Positions 15,093 to 25,473 of a DNA stretch of 64,000 nt are shown one piece after another; position 1 is the first letter of the stretch; each line of letters opens with the position of its first letter. The notes beneath the pieces were generated by a model. It saw nothing but the letters and a program-made list of their open reading frames with translations. It did not search any database and had not been told where the DNA came from. Where the stretch lies: positions 327,279 through 391,278 of the forward strand of contig CAWDYD010000005.1 in NCBI GenBank assembly GCA_963806415.1. The letters are read 5' to 3'. The translations under genes were made by a program, and so were the position numbers. Origin of the DNA: an uncultured Actinomycetota bacterium (lineage in GTDB: Bacteria; Actinomycetota; Actinomycetes; Mycobacteriales; SCTD01).

Positions 15093-15803
15093 TCAGACCG
15101 GGTCGGGCTCGCGCTCCCCGACCGCCGCCCGGTACCCGGAGCGCCGCACCAGCACGACGGTCAGCAGCGCCGCCGCCGCGATCAGCGGCCACTTCACCGA
15201 GTTGATGACGATCAGCAGCAAGCCGTCGCGGTCGCCCGGCAGCCGGTAGACGCTGTAGGCCACCCCGGCCCGGACGAAGAACGTGGCCGCCCAGAACGCC
15301 GTGGCCAGGGTGCACGCCCGGCGCAGGCCGGGGTGCTCGGCCCAGCCGGCGTACTTCGCGTCGTACGCCGCGAGGGCGATGCCGACCAGCGGCCGGCGCA
15401 GCGCGAGCGACACGACGAACGCGACGCCGGTGCCCGCCGTGGTGAGGATGCCGGGCAGGAAGAAGCCCTCGCCGGTCCCGGTGGCCCGGGCGAACAGCAC
15501 CGCCACCAGCAGCCCGAGGAATCCGCTGCCGACCTGCTGCAGCGACTCGCCGCGGCGGACCCGGATGCCGAGCAGCACCACCCCGGTCAGCAGGGCGACG
15601 ACGATCGCGGTGCCGAGCGACCCGGTGGCCAGCCGTACGAGCACGAAGGCGGTGGCCGGCAGCGCGCCGTCGAGCAGGCCCCGGCCGCCGCCCAGGGCGG
15701 TGACCAGGGCGCTGGGCGGCACCTCAGGCCCGGGCGGCACGGAGGACCCGGGCGGCGCCGGAGCCCCGGGCGGCACCGGCGCGGCGTCGCGCTGGTCAGC
15801 CAC
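15093..15803 (-). CDS. DUF3159 membrane protein
   Basis: ALGGGRGLLDGALP, TGTGEGFFLPGI, RRPLVG; expected position after trkA pair. Confidence 0.85.
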   Translation of the reverse strand: MADQRDAAPVPPGAPAPPGSSVPPGPEVPPSALVTALGGGRGLLDGALPATAFVLVRLATGSLGTAIVVALLTGVVLLGIRVRRGESLQQVGSGFLGLLVAVLFARATGTGEGFFLPGILTTAGTGVAFVVSLALRRPLVGIALAAYDAKYAGWAEHPGLRRACTLATAFWAATFFVRAGVAYSVYRLPGDRDGLLLIVINSVKWPLIAAAALLTVVLVRRSGYRAAVGEREPDPV

Positions 15804-16200
15804 CGGTCGGTCGCAGCTCGTAGGCGGGGTTGTACAGGGTGGGCTGCCCGTCGCGGGCGGTCAGCCGGCCGCGGGCCACCAGGCTGCGGCCCGGCTCCAG
15901 CCCGCGGATCCGGCGGCGGCCGAGGAAGACCAGGCTGACCGTGCCGGTCCCGTCGTAGAGCTCGGCCTCCAGGGTCGGCACCCCGGCCAGCGGCCGCAGC
16001 ACGACCGCGCGCAGCGTCCCGGCGACGCAGACCTCCCGGCCCCGCGAGCAGGCCGCGACGGCGGTCGCGCCGGCCTGCTCGGCCTCGCCCTGCAGGTCCT
16101 CGGCCTCCAGCTCGACCTCGTCGGCGGTCAGCCGGTGCAGCGCGCGCCGCCACCGGCTGCCCCGCCCGCCCGCTCTCCCGGTGCCGGTGCCCGTGCTCAC
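15796..16200 (-). CDS. OB-fold nucleic acid-binding protein
   Basis: LEAELYDGTGTVSLVFLGRRRIRGLEPG, LYNPAYEL. Confidence 0.88.
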   Translation of the reverse strand: MSTGTGTGRAGGRGSRWRRALHRLTADEVELEAEDLQGEAEQAGATAVAACSRGREVCVAGTLRAVVLRPLAGVPTLEAELYDGTGTVSLVFLGRRRIRGLEPGRSLVARGRLTARDGQPTLYNPAYELRPTGG

Positions 16201-16249
16201 GCGATGAGCCTAGGCGCCGCACCGGCGACGGTCAGCCGCTCCGCGGGCC

Positions 16250-17023
16250 TCATCGGGTCTCGGTGATCTCCGGGCCGCGCTCGGCGAGCCCGAGCCCCTG
16301 CTCCGGGTCCGGCGGGGCGGTCGGCACGGCGTCGGAGGGCAGGCGCAGCGGCAGCGGGTCGCGCACCGCCATCGGGTCGCCGCCGCGCACCACGACGACG
16401 TCGCGCACCGCCTGCTCCAGGGGGCCGGCGGCGGCCGGCTCGGTCGCCGCCCGGCCGGTGTACAGCGCGCGCAGGAACCAGCGCGGACCGTCCACGCCGA
16501 CGAACCTCGCCGGCGCCATCACGATGCCCTGGCCGTCCGGCAGCTGGGTCGGCACCAGAGCCTGCAGCTCCGGGCCGTACGCCCCCTCGGTGCGCTCCAC
16601 CGAGCCCCCGCTGGCCGTGAGCGACTCGGCGATCTCGTCCAGCACCTCGGACCAGATGCCCTCGCTGCGCGGCGCGGCGAACGCCCCGAGCTGCACCGAC
16701 GAGTCGCCCTGGACGAGGGTGGCGGCGACCACCGCGCCGTCCGGGTCGACCTCGACCCGGACCTCGGTCTCCGGCAGCACCGGGACGCGCATCCCGCCGA
16801 GGTCGACGCGCGGCAGCTCGTCCTGCGGCGCGTCGTCGAGGTCCCACGGGCCCTGCGGCCGGACCGGCACCGGCCGGGCGGCCGCGGTCTCCTGCTCGTC
16901 GAGCTCGGCGAGCAGCAGCGCGTCCTCGTACGCCCGGTCCTGCTCGTCGAGGTCGTCGACGAACTCCTCGGGCGCGTCCGGGCCCGCAGCCTCGTCCTTG
17001 CTCCGCTTGCGCCTGCCGAACAT
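16250..17023 (-). CDS. DUF3710 domain protein
   Basis: GPWD, AFAAPRSEGIW, RFVGVDGPRWFLR, VVVRGGDPM. Confidence 0.9.
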   Translation of the reverse strand: MFGRRKRSKDEAAGPDAPEEFVDDLDEQDRAYEDALLLAELDEQETAAARPVPVRPQGPWDLDDAPQDELPRVDLGGMRVPVLPETEVRVEVDPDGAVVAATLVQGDSSVQLGAFAAPRSEGIWSEVLDEIAESLTASGGSVERTEGAYGPELQALVPTQLPDGQGIVMAPARFVGVDGPRWFLRALYTGRAATEPAAAGPLEQAVRDVVVVRGGDPMAVRDPLPLRLPSDAVPTAPPDPEQGLGLAERGPEITETR

Positions 17024-17026
17024 GGC

Positions 17027-17506
17027 CTACCGACCTTCCTGTGACTGGGGCGGGCCCCCGGCCGCGAAGCCGCCGGTCGAGCCGTGCCCACCGCTGCCGC
17101 GCGCCGAGCCCGGGAGCCCCGGGGTCTCCCGCCAGCGGACCTGCTCGACCCGCTGGACGACGAGCTGCGCCACCCGGTCGAACCGCCGCAGCCGGACCGT
17201 GGAGTGCCGGTCGTGGTTGACCAGCACCACCTGGATCTCACCGCGGTAGCCGGCGTCGACGGTGCCCGGGGCGTTGAGCACCCCGACGCCGTGCCGCGCC
17301 GCCAGGCCGGACCGGGGGTGCACGAAGGCGGCGTAGCCGGGAGGCAGCGCGATCGCCAGCCCGGTCGGCAGCAGCGCGCGCTCCCCGGGGGCCAGCTCGA
17401 CGTCGACCGTGGTCACCAGGTCGCAGCCGGCGTCGCCCTCGTGCGCGTACGCCGGCACCGGCACCTCGGGGTCGAGCCGGTGCAGCAGCACCTCCAGCAC
17501 GCGCAT
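17027..17506 (-). CDS. dut: dUTP diphosphatase
   Basis: [41 protein letters not shown]. Confidence 0.96.
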   Translation of the reverse strand: MRVLEVLLHRLDPEVPVPAYAHEGDAGCDLVTTVDVELAPGERALLPTGLAIALPPGYAAFVHPRSGLAARHGVGVLNAPGTVDAGYRGEIQVVLVNHDRHSTVRLRRFDRVAQLVVQRVEQVRWRETPGLPGSARGSGGHGSTGGFAAGGPPQSQEGR

Positions 17507-17600
17507 CCCTTCGCCGTCGGCCTGCACCGGCACGGACCTTACCTGCGGCCGGGGGCCGTAACGTGCCTGTGACCTCGTTCCCCGCTCAGGAGCCGCCACC

Positions 17601-18467
17601 GTGTCCACCTCCGTTCTCGTCACCGGTGCCAGCAGCGGCATCGGGCTGGCCACCGCCCTGGAGCTCGCCGGCGCCGGCTGGCGGGTGTACGGCTCGGTGC
17701 GCTCCGAGGAGAAGGCCGACCTGGTGCAGCAGGCCGCCCGGGCCCGTCGGGTGGAGGTGCACACCGTCTCGATGGACGTCGCCGATCCCGACTCCTGCGA
17801 GGCCGCGGTCGCGCAGGTCGAGCACGACAGCGGCGGCCTGTCGGCCCTGGTGAACAACGCCGGGTACGCCCAGTCCGGCGCCGTCGAGGACGTCTCCGAC
17901 GAGGACGTGCGCCGCCAGCTCGAGACCAACCTGGTCGCGCCGATCCGGCTGGCCCGGCTGGTGCTGCCGGCGATGCGGGAGCGCCGGCACGGCCGGATCG
18001 TCAACATCAGCTCGGTGGCCGGCCGGCTGTCCACCCCGCTGATGGGCTGGTACTGCGCCAGCAAGCACGGCCTCGAGGCGGTCACCGACGCGCTGCGGAT
18101 GGAGGTGGAGGCCGACGGCGTCCGGGTGATGCTCGTCGAGCCCGGGATGTTCGGGACCGACGTGTGGGCAGCCGCGAAGGAGGGCGGCTTCCCCGCCCCG
18201 ACCAGCGCCCGGTACGCCGCGGCGTACGCCCGGGCCGAGTCCCTGGCCGGCCGCAGCGAGCGGCTGCCCGACCCGGTGTGGGTGGCCCGCACGGTCCGGG
18301 TCGCGCTGTCCAACCCGGTGCCGCTGGCCCGCTACGTGGTGGGCGCGGACGCCGTCGGCGGCATCCTCGCCGAGACGTTCGTCCCGACCGTGCTCACCGA
18401 CTACGTGAAGAGCGTGGCGTCCGGGCTGCGCCGCGCGCCGCTGCGGGTGCCCTTCCTGCCGCGCTGA
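17601..18467 (+). CDS. SDR family oxidoreductase
   Basis: [17 protein letters not shown]. Confidence 0.92.
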   Translation: MSTSVLVTGASSGIGLATALELAGAGWRVYGSVRSEEKADLVQQAARARRVEVHTVSMDVADPDSCEAAVAQVEHDSGGLSALVNNAGYAQSGAVEDVSDEDVRRQLETNLVAPIRLARLVLPAMRERRHGRIVNISSVAGRLSTPLMGWYCASKHGLEAVTDALRMEVEADGVRVMLVEPGMFGTDVWAAAKEGGFPAPTSARYAAAYARAESLAGRSERLPDPVWVARTVRVALSNPVPLARYVVGADAVGGILAETFVPTVLTDYVKSVASGLRRAPLRVPFLPR

Positions 18468-18481
18468 CGGCGGCCGGCGCC

Positions 18482-19814
18482 TCAGGCGGACGCCGCGGGC
18501 GCCCGGATCGCCGGCACCAGGGCCAGGACGCCGAGCAGCGGCAGGCCGGCCAGCAGCAGCAGGCTGGCGTCGAGCCCGAACAGCTCGCCGAAGCCGCCGA
18601 CGACGGCCGAGCCGACACCGCCGCCGACGAGGAACACCAGCGTGGCGATGCCCAGGGCGACGCCGCGGACGTCGGCCGGCACGGCGCCGCCGACCGCGGC
18701 CATGAGGGCCGGCTGCCCCAGCCCGAAGGCGAAGGTCACCAGCACGACCGCGCCGACGAGCAGCACCGCCGAGCCGAGCGCCGCGCCGCCGGCCGCGAGC
18801 GAGCGAGCGCGAGCGCCGCGGTGCCGCCCGGAGACGACCAGCGACCGGGCCGGGCCGAGCCGGACCAGCAGCGGGCCCGGCCAGCCGCGGGGCGAGGAAG
18901 CCGGTGACGGCGCTCGGCACCAGGGCCAGCCCGACCTGCAGCGGCGTCCAGCCGCGCGCGGCGAGCACCGCGGGGACGGCGATGAGCAGGGCGAACCAGG
19001 CGGCCGGCACGCCCGAGGCGGCCAGCGCGCTGCGCACGACCACCGGCTCGCGGACGACGGCCAGCGGCAGGAAGCCCTCCGGCCGGCGGCGCACCCGCGC
19101 GGTCGCCGGCGGGCACGCCCAGCGCGAGCAGGACCGCACCGACGACGGCGACGACGACGCCGGAGGCCGGCGACTGCACGAGCAGCACCAGCCCGGAGGC
19201 GGTCGCCCGCGACGAGGACCGCGCCGAGCAGGTCGAGCCGGGCGCCGGTGCCCTCGGTCGGGACCGCCCGCCACAGCGCCGGGACGACGAGCAGCCCGAG
19301 CGCCGGCAGCGCCACGACCGCCCGCCAGCTGCAGCAGGTCCTCGACGAGGCCGCCGGCGAGCGGCCCGAGCGCGCTGACCGCGGCGGCGGTGCCGGCGAC
19401 CCGGCCCGAGCGCGTTCGTGCGGACGCTGCCGTCGTAGCGCGCGCTGACGATCGCCATCCCGAGCACCGGGACGGCGGCGGCGCCCGGAGCCCTGCAGCA
19501 GCCGGGCGGCGAGCAGCACCTCGTACGACGGCGCGAGGGCGCCCAGCACGGCGCTGGCCGGCCATGAGGCCGACGCCGACCAGCAGCGGCAGGCGGATCC
19601 CGGCGAGGTCGGCGACCCGGCCGTAGACGGCGGTCGCCACGGCGAGCATCAGCGCGTACAGGCTGATGATCCACGAGGCGCCGCCGGTCGACAGGCCGAG
19701 GTCGGCGGCGATCGCCGGCAGGGTCACGGCGACGGCCGCGCTGCCCATGCCGGCGAGGCCGAAGAGCAGCCCGACGAGGGCGGCGACGCGGCCGGCGTCC
19801 GTCGGTGCGCTCAT
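18482..19814 (-). CDS. MFS transporter (several frameshifts)
   Basis: Hydrophobic helices spread over three frames; YGRVADLAGIR (MFS motif A); DVRGVALG. Confidence 0.8.
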
Positions 19815-19911
19815 GTCCCCGCCCAACGCCCGCGCCGGCCGGCGCTTCCCGGGCCGGCAACCACTACTTCCCCGGGGGTGTGACTCCGCGGATCATGGGC
19901 ACGAGACGGGC

Positions 19912-20205
19912 ATGTCTGCTGCGGGGAAAGTCGGTCTACAAGATGTTCGGCGTGGTCGGCGGCGTGCTGGCCGCGAAGGCGGCCCGCTCGGCGCTGGACA
20001 AGGGCTGGGCGCGCGCCCGGGGCGGCGAGCCGCCTCGCTGCAACCCGGCGGTTCCCGGCGTGACCTGGCGGACGGCCTGGCCTGGGCGGTCGCCAGCGGG
20101 ATCGCGGTGGGCGTGGCCAAGCTGGTCGTGACCAAGGGGCTCGCCTCCGGGTGGGCGCGGGCCACCGGGCACCTGCCCCCCGGCGTGGAGGAGGTCGGCA
20201 ACTGA
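19912..20205 (+). CDS. DUF4235 domain protein (frameshifted)
   Basis: YKMFGVVGGVLAAKAARSALDKGW...EPP.NP...LAWAVASG...WARATGHLPPG split over frames. Confidence 0.7.
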   Translation: MSAAGKVGLQDVRRGRRRAGREGGPLGAGQGLGARPGRRAASLQPGGSRRDLADGLAWAVASGIAVGVAKLVVTKGLASGWARATGHLPPGVEEVGN

Positions 20206-20246
20206 GCCGGCCCGCTGCCGCGGCTACCGGTGGGTAGCGTGAAGCG

Positions 20247-21455
20247 GTGACCGCACCCGATCTGCCGGTCGGCCCGGGCGGGCCTGGACGGGCTGCTGGC
20301 GCAGCGACTGCGTCGCGACCTGGCCGGCACCGTGCTGGCGGGGCGCACCGCACGGCTGCGCCTGGACACCGGCGCGGGCGACGTCTGGACGCTGGACGTC
20401 GCCGACGGCCGGGTCCGGGCCCGGCGGGGCAGCCCCGAGCAGCCGGACGTCGCGATCTGCGCGGACCTCGACACCCTCGCCGCGCTGGTCACCGGCCGGC
20501 TGTCCTGCGCCGCGGCGTTCGTCGACGAGCGCGTCGTCGTCCGCGGCGACCTGGCGCTGGCGCTGCAGCTCGGCGAGCTGTTCGCGCCGCCGGCGGACCC
20601 CGCGGTCGCCACCGCCGCGCAGGGCGAGGTGATGGGGGTGCGCACCGGCTGGCTGGAGGCCGGCCCGCGGGGCGGTCCGCCGGTCATCCTGCTGCACGGG
20701 CTCGGGGCCTCGAACGCCTCGATGCTGACCGTCCTCACCGACCTCGCCCGCGACCACCGGGTGCTCGCCCCCGACGCGCCGGGCTTCGGCTCGTCGGACG
20801 CGCCGGCCTCCTCGCCGTACAGCTCGTCGTGGTTCGCCGCGTGGCTGGCCGCCTTCCAGACCGCGACCGGCAGCCGCGGAGCCGTGCTGGTCGGCAACTC
20901 CCTCGGCGGGCGGATCGCCCTGGAGGCCGGTCTGCAGCGCCCCGGCTGGCTGCGCGCGCTGGTCCTGCTGGCCCCGTCGCCGGCGTTCCGCCGGTTGCGC
21001 CAGTACGTGCCGGCGGTCCGCCTGCTGTCCCCCAGCTCGCCCGGCTGCCCGCCCCGCCGGTGCCCCGCCGGATCGTCGTGGAGGGCCTGCGCGGCCTGCT
21101 GAGCAGCCCGGACCGGCTGCCGCAGTCGTTCTACGACGCCGCGGCGGACGAGGCCGTCCGGGTGCTGCGCTCCCCCGGGCACCGCGCCGCGTTCCTGTCC
21201 TGCGCCCGGCAGATCTACCTCGAGGAGGCGCACGGCCGGCAGGGGTTCTGGGACCGCCTGCCGGGGCTGCTGCCGCCGGCGCTGTTCCTGTGGGGCGACC
21301 GGGACCGGCTCGTGCCGGCCTCGTTCGCCCGGCACGTCGCGGACTCGCTGCCCGGCGCCGGGTCGGTGGTGCTCGAGGACTGCGGGCACGTCCCGCACCT
21401 GGAGCACCCCGCCGACACCTCGGCGCTGCTGCGGGGGTTCCTGGCGACGGTCTAG
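20247..21455 (+). CDS. SCP2 sterol-binding domain fused to alpha/beta hydrolase (compensating frameshifts)
   Basis: SCP2-like WTLDVADGRV...PDVAICAD...VRGDLALALQL; LLHGLG, DAPGFGSS, GNSLGG, WGDRDRLVP, DCGHVPHLE. Confidence 0.8.
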   Translation: MTAPDLPVGPGGPGRAAGAATASRPGRHRAGGAHRTAAPGHRRGRRLDAGRRRRPGPGPAGQPRAAGRRDLRGPRHPRRAGHRPAVLRRGVRRRARRRPRRPGAGAAARRAVRAAGGPRGRHRRAGRGDGGAHRLAGGRPAGRSAGHPAARARGLERLDADRPHRPRPRPPGARPRRAGLRLVGRAGLLAVQLVVVRRVAGRLPDRDRQPRSRAGRQLPRRADRPGGRSAAPRLAARAGPAGPVAGVPPVAPVRAGGPPAVPQLARLPAPPVPRRIVVEGLRGLLSSPDRLPQSFYDAAADEAVRVLRSPGHRAAFLSCARQIYLEEAHGRQGFWDRLPGLLPPALFLWGDRDRLVPASFARHVADSLPGAGSVVLEDCGHVPHLEHPADTSALLRGFLATV

Positions 21456-21470
21456 CGGTACGGCTACCGC

Positions 21471-22997
21471 GTGCAGACGTTCCTCCCCTACCCCGACCTG
21501 CGGGCCAGCAGCCAGGTGCTGGACGGCCCCCGGCTGGGCAAGCAGCGGGTCGAGACGTTCCAGATCCTGCGGGCCCTGACCTGGCCGGAGTACGCCTGGA
21601 AGAACCACCCGGCGGTGCGGATGTGGCGCGGCTTCGTCCCCGGCCTGGTGGCGTACGGGGTGGAGAACTGCCGGGAGTGGGTGCGGCGCGGCCACGACGA
21701 CACGGTCCTGCCGCAGCTGCTGGCGTGGAGCGACGGGCAGGTCCCCGTCGACCCGCCGCTGCCGCCCTGGTTCGGCCTGGCGGCGCTGCACCGCTCGCAC
21801 CGGTCCGCCCTGCTCCGCAAGGACCCGCAGACCTACCGGCCGCTGTTCGGCGACGAGCCGGACGACCTGCCGTACCTGTGGCCGCCGGACACCTACCCGC
21901 GGTGGCCGGTCCGGCGCGGCGGGCGCGACCTCGACCTGGCCGGGGCGCTCGCCGTGCTGGGGCTGCCCTCGGCCCGGCCCGGGCAGGCCGAGGCGGTGGC
22001 CGCGCTGGACGCCGGCCGGGACGTCCTGATGGTCGCCGGGCCGGGGACCGGCGGCTCGACCGCCGGGCTGCTGGCCGCGCTGACCCGGCCCGGGACGACC
22101 CGGTGGGTGGCCCCGGCCGGAGGCCCGCTCACCGCTGAGGTCCCGGCCGTACCGCTGAGCACGCCGCGCGCACCGGTCGCGCGGCCCGCGGAGCGCCCGG
22201 CGGCGCTGGCCCGCCCGCCGTCGCCGGCCGACCTGCTGGCGATGAAGGCCGAGGCGCAGCCGCCGGAGGTGCTGTTCGGCCGGACCGTGGCGCCGCTCCC
22301 GCCGGGGTGCACCCTGGTGGTGCTCGACGACGCCGCGCGGCTCGGTGACGCCGAGGTCCCGGCCGGTGCCCCCCCGGTCCTGGCGGTCGTCGACCGCGCG
22401 GATGCCGCCACCCGGCGCGAGTTGACCGCCCGGCTCGGCCTGCGCGACCCGGTGCACGTCGGCGGCGGCTGGGACCCGGCCGGCACGTGGCTCGGCGCGG
22501 CCCGCCCGGCCACCGCTCCGGCGGCCCGGCGGCTGCTGCCCGAGCTGGTCCGCGACCTCGGGCCGGCCGTGGTCACCGTCGCCTCCCGGACCCGCCTGGA
22601 CCGGGTGGTCACCGCGCTGCGCGGCGCGGGGCTGCGCGCCGACGGCTGGGCGCCGCAGATGCGCGCGGCCCGGGCGACGGCCGCCGTCGGCGCCTGGCGG
22701 GCCAGGCGGCTGGACGCGCTGGTGGTCCCCGCAGGCAGCGCGCCGCCGCTCGGCCGGTCCCGGGTGACCCTCCTGCTCACGGGCGACCCGCCGCCGGACC
22801 GGGTGCAGTGGCACGCCGAGATCGCCCGGCTGGACCCGGCGCGGGCCGTGCTGGTCGCCGGTCCGGACGCGCCGCCGGACGTGGCGTCGCTGGCCGCGAG
22901 CCCGGGCTGCCTGCGCGCCGGGCTGCTGGCCCCGGCCGGGGAGCCGGTCGTCGTGCCGTGCGGGCGCTGCGAGCGCTGCGGAGCGCCCCCGGCGTAG
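21471..22997 (+). CDS. MSMEG_6728-family (pyrimidine-dimer glycosylase-like) domain fused to degenerate RecQ-like helicase with Zn-binding tail
   Basis: MQTFLPYPD...LGKQRVE...HPAVRMW...SHRSALLRKDP...LPYLWP; then RPGQAEAVAALDAGRDVL, LVVLDDA, LGLRDP, C..CGRCERC. Confidence 0.8.
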   Translation: MQTFLPYPDLRASSQVLDGPRLGKQRVETFQILRALTWPEYAWKNHPAVRMWRGFVPGLVAYGVENCREWVRRGHDDTVLPQLLAWSDGQVPVDPPLPPWFGLAALHRSHRSALLRKDPQTYRPLFGDEPDDLPYLWPPDTYPRWPVRRGGRDLDLAGALAVLGLPSARPGQAEAVAALDAGRDVLMVAGPGTGGSTAGLLAALTRPGTTRWVAPAGGPLTAEVPAVPLSTPRAPVARPAERPAALARPPSPADLLAMKAEAQPPEVLFGRTVAPLPPGCTLVVLDDAARLGDAEVPAGAPPVLAVVDRADAATRRELTARLGLRDPVHVGGGWDPAGTWLGAARPATAPAARRLLPELVRDLGPAVVTVASRTRLDRVVTALRGAGLRADGWAPQMRAARATAAVGAWRARRLDALVVPAGSAPPLGRSRVTLLLTGDPPPDRVQWHAEIARLDPARAVLVAGPDAPPDVASLAASPGCLRAGLLAPAGEPVVVPCGRCERCGAPPA

Positions 22998-23009
22998 CCG
23001 CGGGGCCGG

Positions 23010-23762
23010 TCAGCCCGGCAGGGCCCGCCGCAGGTCGGCCCGCAGGGCGTCGCCGAGCGACCGGGTCTCCCGCCGGTTCAGCTCGGCGCCGGCCACCGCG
23101 CCGGCCAGCAGCGGCGCCAGGGTGGACAGGTTGCGGCCGAACCGGCGCACCACCCGGCGGCGCAGCTGCGCCCGGGCCGCGGTCCGCAGCACCGCCGACA
23201 GGGCCGGCGCCGGCTCGGCGTCCAGCGCCGCCCGGCGCGTCCACGCCTGCAGGTACGCCGCCGCCTGCTGGGCCGGCGTCCCGGTGGCCGCGAGGCCGTG
23301 CACGACGTGCAGCTCGGCGACCAGCCGGAGCTCGAGCAGGACGACCGCGACGGTCTCCGCGGCGACCTGCACCGGCGCGGTCAGCAGCGTGGGCGGGGCG
23401 GCCAGCGACGCCGCGCAGAGCACCCCGCCGGCGGCTCCCACCCCCGCGGTGGTGCGGGCCGCCGCGGCGACCAGCGCCTCGGCGAGCGCCTCCCCGTCCG
23501 CCCCGTGCAGCCGGCGCAGGGTGGGCAGGTCCCGCACCGGCACGTGCGGCGCCAGGTCGACGACGGCGTCGACGAGCACCCGCCCGGTGAGCACGGCCCG
23601 GCTGCCCGCGGCGCCCGCGCCGGCCAGCAGCGCCGCGGCGAGCCGCGCGAGCAGGCGGCCGCGCTCCGCGCCGCCGGCGGCGTCGTCCGCCAGCCGCTCG
23701 ACGATCTCGGCGACCTCGACCCGGCGGACGAGGTCCTTCGACGGCTCGGTCAGGCCGCGCAC
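23010..23762 (-). CDS. Hypothetical helical protein (EcsC-like)
   Basis: APHVPVRD...AETVAVVLLELRLVAELH...LAGAVAGAELNRRETR; start uncertain. Confidence 0.65.
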   Translation of the reverse strand: MRGLTEPSKDLVRRVEVAEIVERLADDAAGGAERGRLLARLAAALLAGAGAAGSRAVLTGRVLVDAVVDLAPHVPVRDLPTLRRLHGADGEALAEALVAAAARTTAGVGAAGGVLCAASLAAPPTLLTAPVQVAAETVAVVLLELRLVAELHVVHGLAATGTPAQQAAAYLQAWTRRAALDAEPAPALSAVLRTAARAQLRRRVVRRFGRNLSTLAPLLAGAVAGAELNRRETRSLGDALRADLRRALPG

Positions 23763-24052
23763 TCCCGACAGACGAGGCGGCCGCCCTTGTCGGACGCCAG
23801 CTGGCTGCGGTGGTGCACGAGGAAGCACGACGAGCAGGTGAACTCGTCGCTCTGCTTGGGCAGCACGCGCACGGTGAGCTCCTCACCGGACAGGTCCGCG
23901 CCGGGCAGCTCCAGCGCCTCGTTGAGGTCGGTCTCGTCGACGTCGACGCTGCTGGCCTGCGCTTCCGCGCGGCGGGCCTTCAGCTCCTCGAGGCTGTCCT
24001 CGCCCATGTCGTCGGAGTCGTTGCGGCGTGGCTGGTCGTAGTCGGTGGCCAT
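23750..24052 (-). CDS. DUF4193 domain protein
   Basis: MATDYDQPR, ELPGADLSGEELTVRVLPKQSDEFTCSSCFLVHHRSQLA...CREC. Confidence 0.93.
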   Translation of the reverse strand: MATDYDQPRRNDSDDMGEDSLEELKARRAEAQASSVDVDETDLNEALELPGADLSGEELTVRVLPKQSDEFTCSSCFLVHHRSQLASDKGGRLVCRECAA

Positions 24053-24208
24053 CAGTCGGCCCCTCTCATGTCGTTCTCCGGCGCGGGGACAACGCACGGG
24101 AGCCCCGTTGTGTGCCCGCGGGCGCGGCGCGGCTGCGCGTGCCCGGGTGGGAGCGCCAGAGGGTAGCGGTCCCGGCACCCGGCCCGGAGCCCGGGCCCGC
24201 CGGCCGGC

Positions 24209-25441
24209 TCAGACGACGACCTGGTCGCCCTTCCCGAGCACGGTCACGCCGCCGTCGGTGACGGTGTAGCCGCGCGCCCGGTCGGCGGCCGGGTCGATGC
24301 CGACGCTCGCGCCGGGCCAGACCGAGACGTTCTTGTCCAGGATGGCCCGGCCGACCCGGGCGCCCCGGCCGACGTCGACGCCGTGCATGAGCACCGCGCC
24401 GCTGACCTCCGCGCCGCTGTGCACCCGCACCCCGGGCGAGAGGATGGAGTTGCGCACCGACCCGCCGGACACGATGACCCCGGGGCTCACCAGGCTGTTC
24501 AGCGCCTGGCCGACCCGACCGGGCTCGTCGAAGACGAACTTCGCCGGCGGGTGGCTGCCGACGCTGGTGAGGATCGGCCAGTGCCGGTTGTACAGGTTGA
24601 AGACCGGGTGCACCGAGATGAGGTCCATGTGCGCCTCGTAGTAGCTGTCCAGCGTCCCGACGTCGCGCCAGTAGCCGCGGTCCCGCTCGGTCGAGCCCGG
24701 CACCGCGTTGTCGCGGAAGTCGTACACCTCCGCCCGGCCCTGCTCGACCAGCATCGGGATGATGTTGCCGCCCATGTCGTGCACGGACCCCTCGTCGCCG
24801 GCGTCGGCCCGGACGGCCTCGAGCAGCGCGGCGGTGGTGAACACGTAGTTGCCCATCGACGCGTACGTCATGTCGGGGTCGTCGGGCAGCCCCGGGGGGT
24901 CGGACGGCTTCTCCAGGAACGCGTCGATCCGCCGGCCGTCGCCGGTCTGGATGACCCCGAACCCGGTGGCCTCCTCCCGGGGCACCCGGATCCCGGCGAC
25001 CGTGACGCCGGCCCCGCTGGCGATGTGCTGCTCGACCATCTGCCGCGGGTCCATCCGGTACACGTGGTCCGCGCCGAACACGACGATGTGGTCGGGCTCG
25101 TCGTCGTACACCAGGTTCAGGCTCTGGTGGATGGCGTCCGCCGAGCCGCGGAACCACTGCGGGCCGAGCCGCTGCTGCGCCGGCACCGGGGTGATGTAGT
25201 TCCCCAGCAGCGTGGACATCCGCCAGGTCGTCGTGATGTGCCGGTCCAGCGAGTGCGACTTGTACTGGGTGAGCACGACGATGCGCAGGTACCCCGCGTT
25301 GACCAGGTTCGACAGCACGAAGTCGACCAGGCGGTAGATGCCGCCGAAGGGCACGGCGGGCTTGGCCCGGTCCGCCGTCAACGGGGCCAGCCGCTTGCCC
25401 TCACCCCCGGCGAGAACGATTCCCAGCACTCTCGGCTTCAT
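24209..25441 (-). CDS. glgC: Glucose-1-phosphate adenylyltransferase
   Basis: [44 protein letters not shown]. Confidence 0.97.
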   Translation of the reverse strand: MKPRVLGIVLAGGEGKRLAPLTADRAKPAVPFGGIYRLVDFVLSNLVNAGYLRIVVLTQYKSHSLDRHITTTWRMSTLLGNYITPVPAQQRLGPQWFRGSADAIHQSLNLVYDDEPDHIVVFGADHVYRMDPRQMVEQHIASGAGVTVAGIRVPREEATGFGVIQTGDGRRIDAFLEKPSDPPGLPDDPDMTYASMGNYVFTTAALLEAVRADAGDEGSVHDMGGNIIPMLVEQGRAEVYDFRDNAVPGSTERDRGYWRDVGTLDSYYEAHMDLISVHPVFNLYNRHWPILTSVGSHPPAKFVFDEPGRVGQALNSLVSPGVIVSGGSVRNSILSPGVRVHSGAEVSGAVLMHGVDVGRGARVGRAILDKNVSVWPGASVGIDPAADRARGYTVTDGGVTVLGKGDQVVV

Positions 25442-25473
25442 GACCGGCATCCTGTACCACTAGCGTCCGGCCC

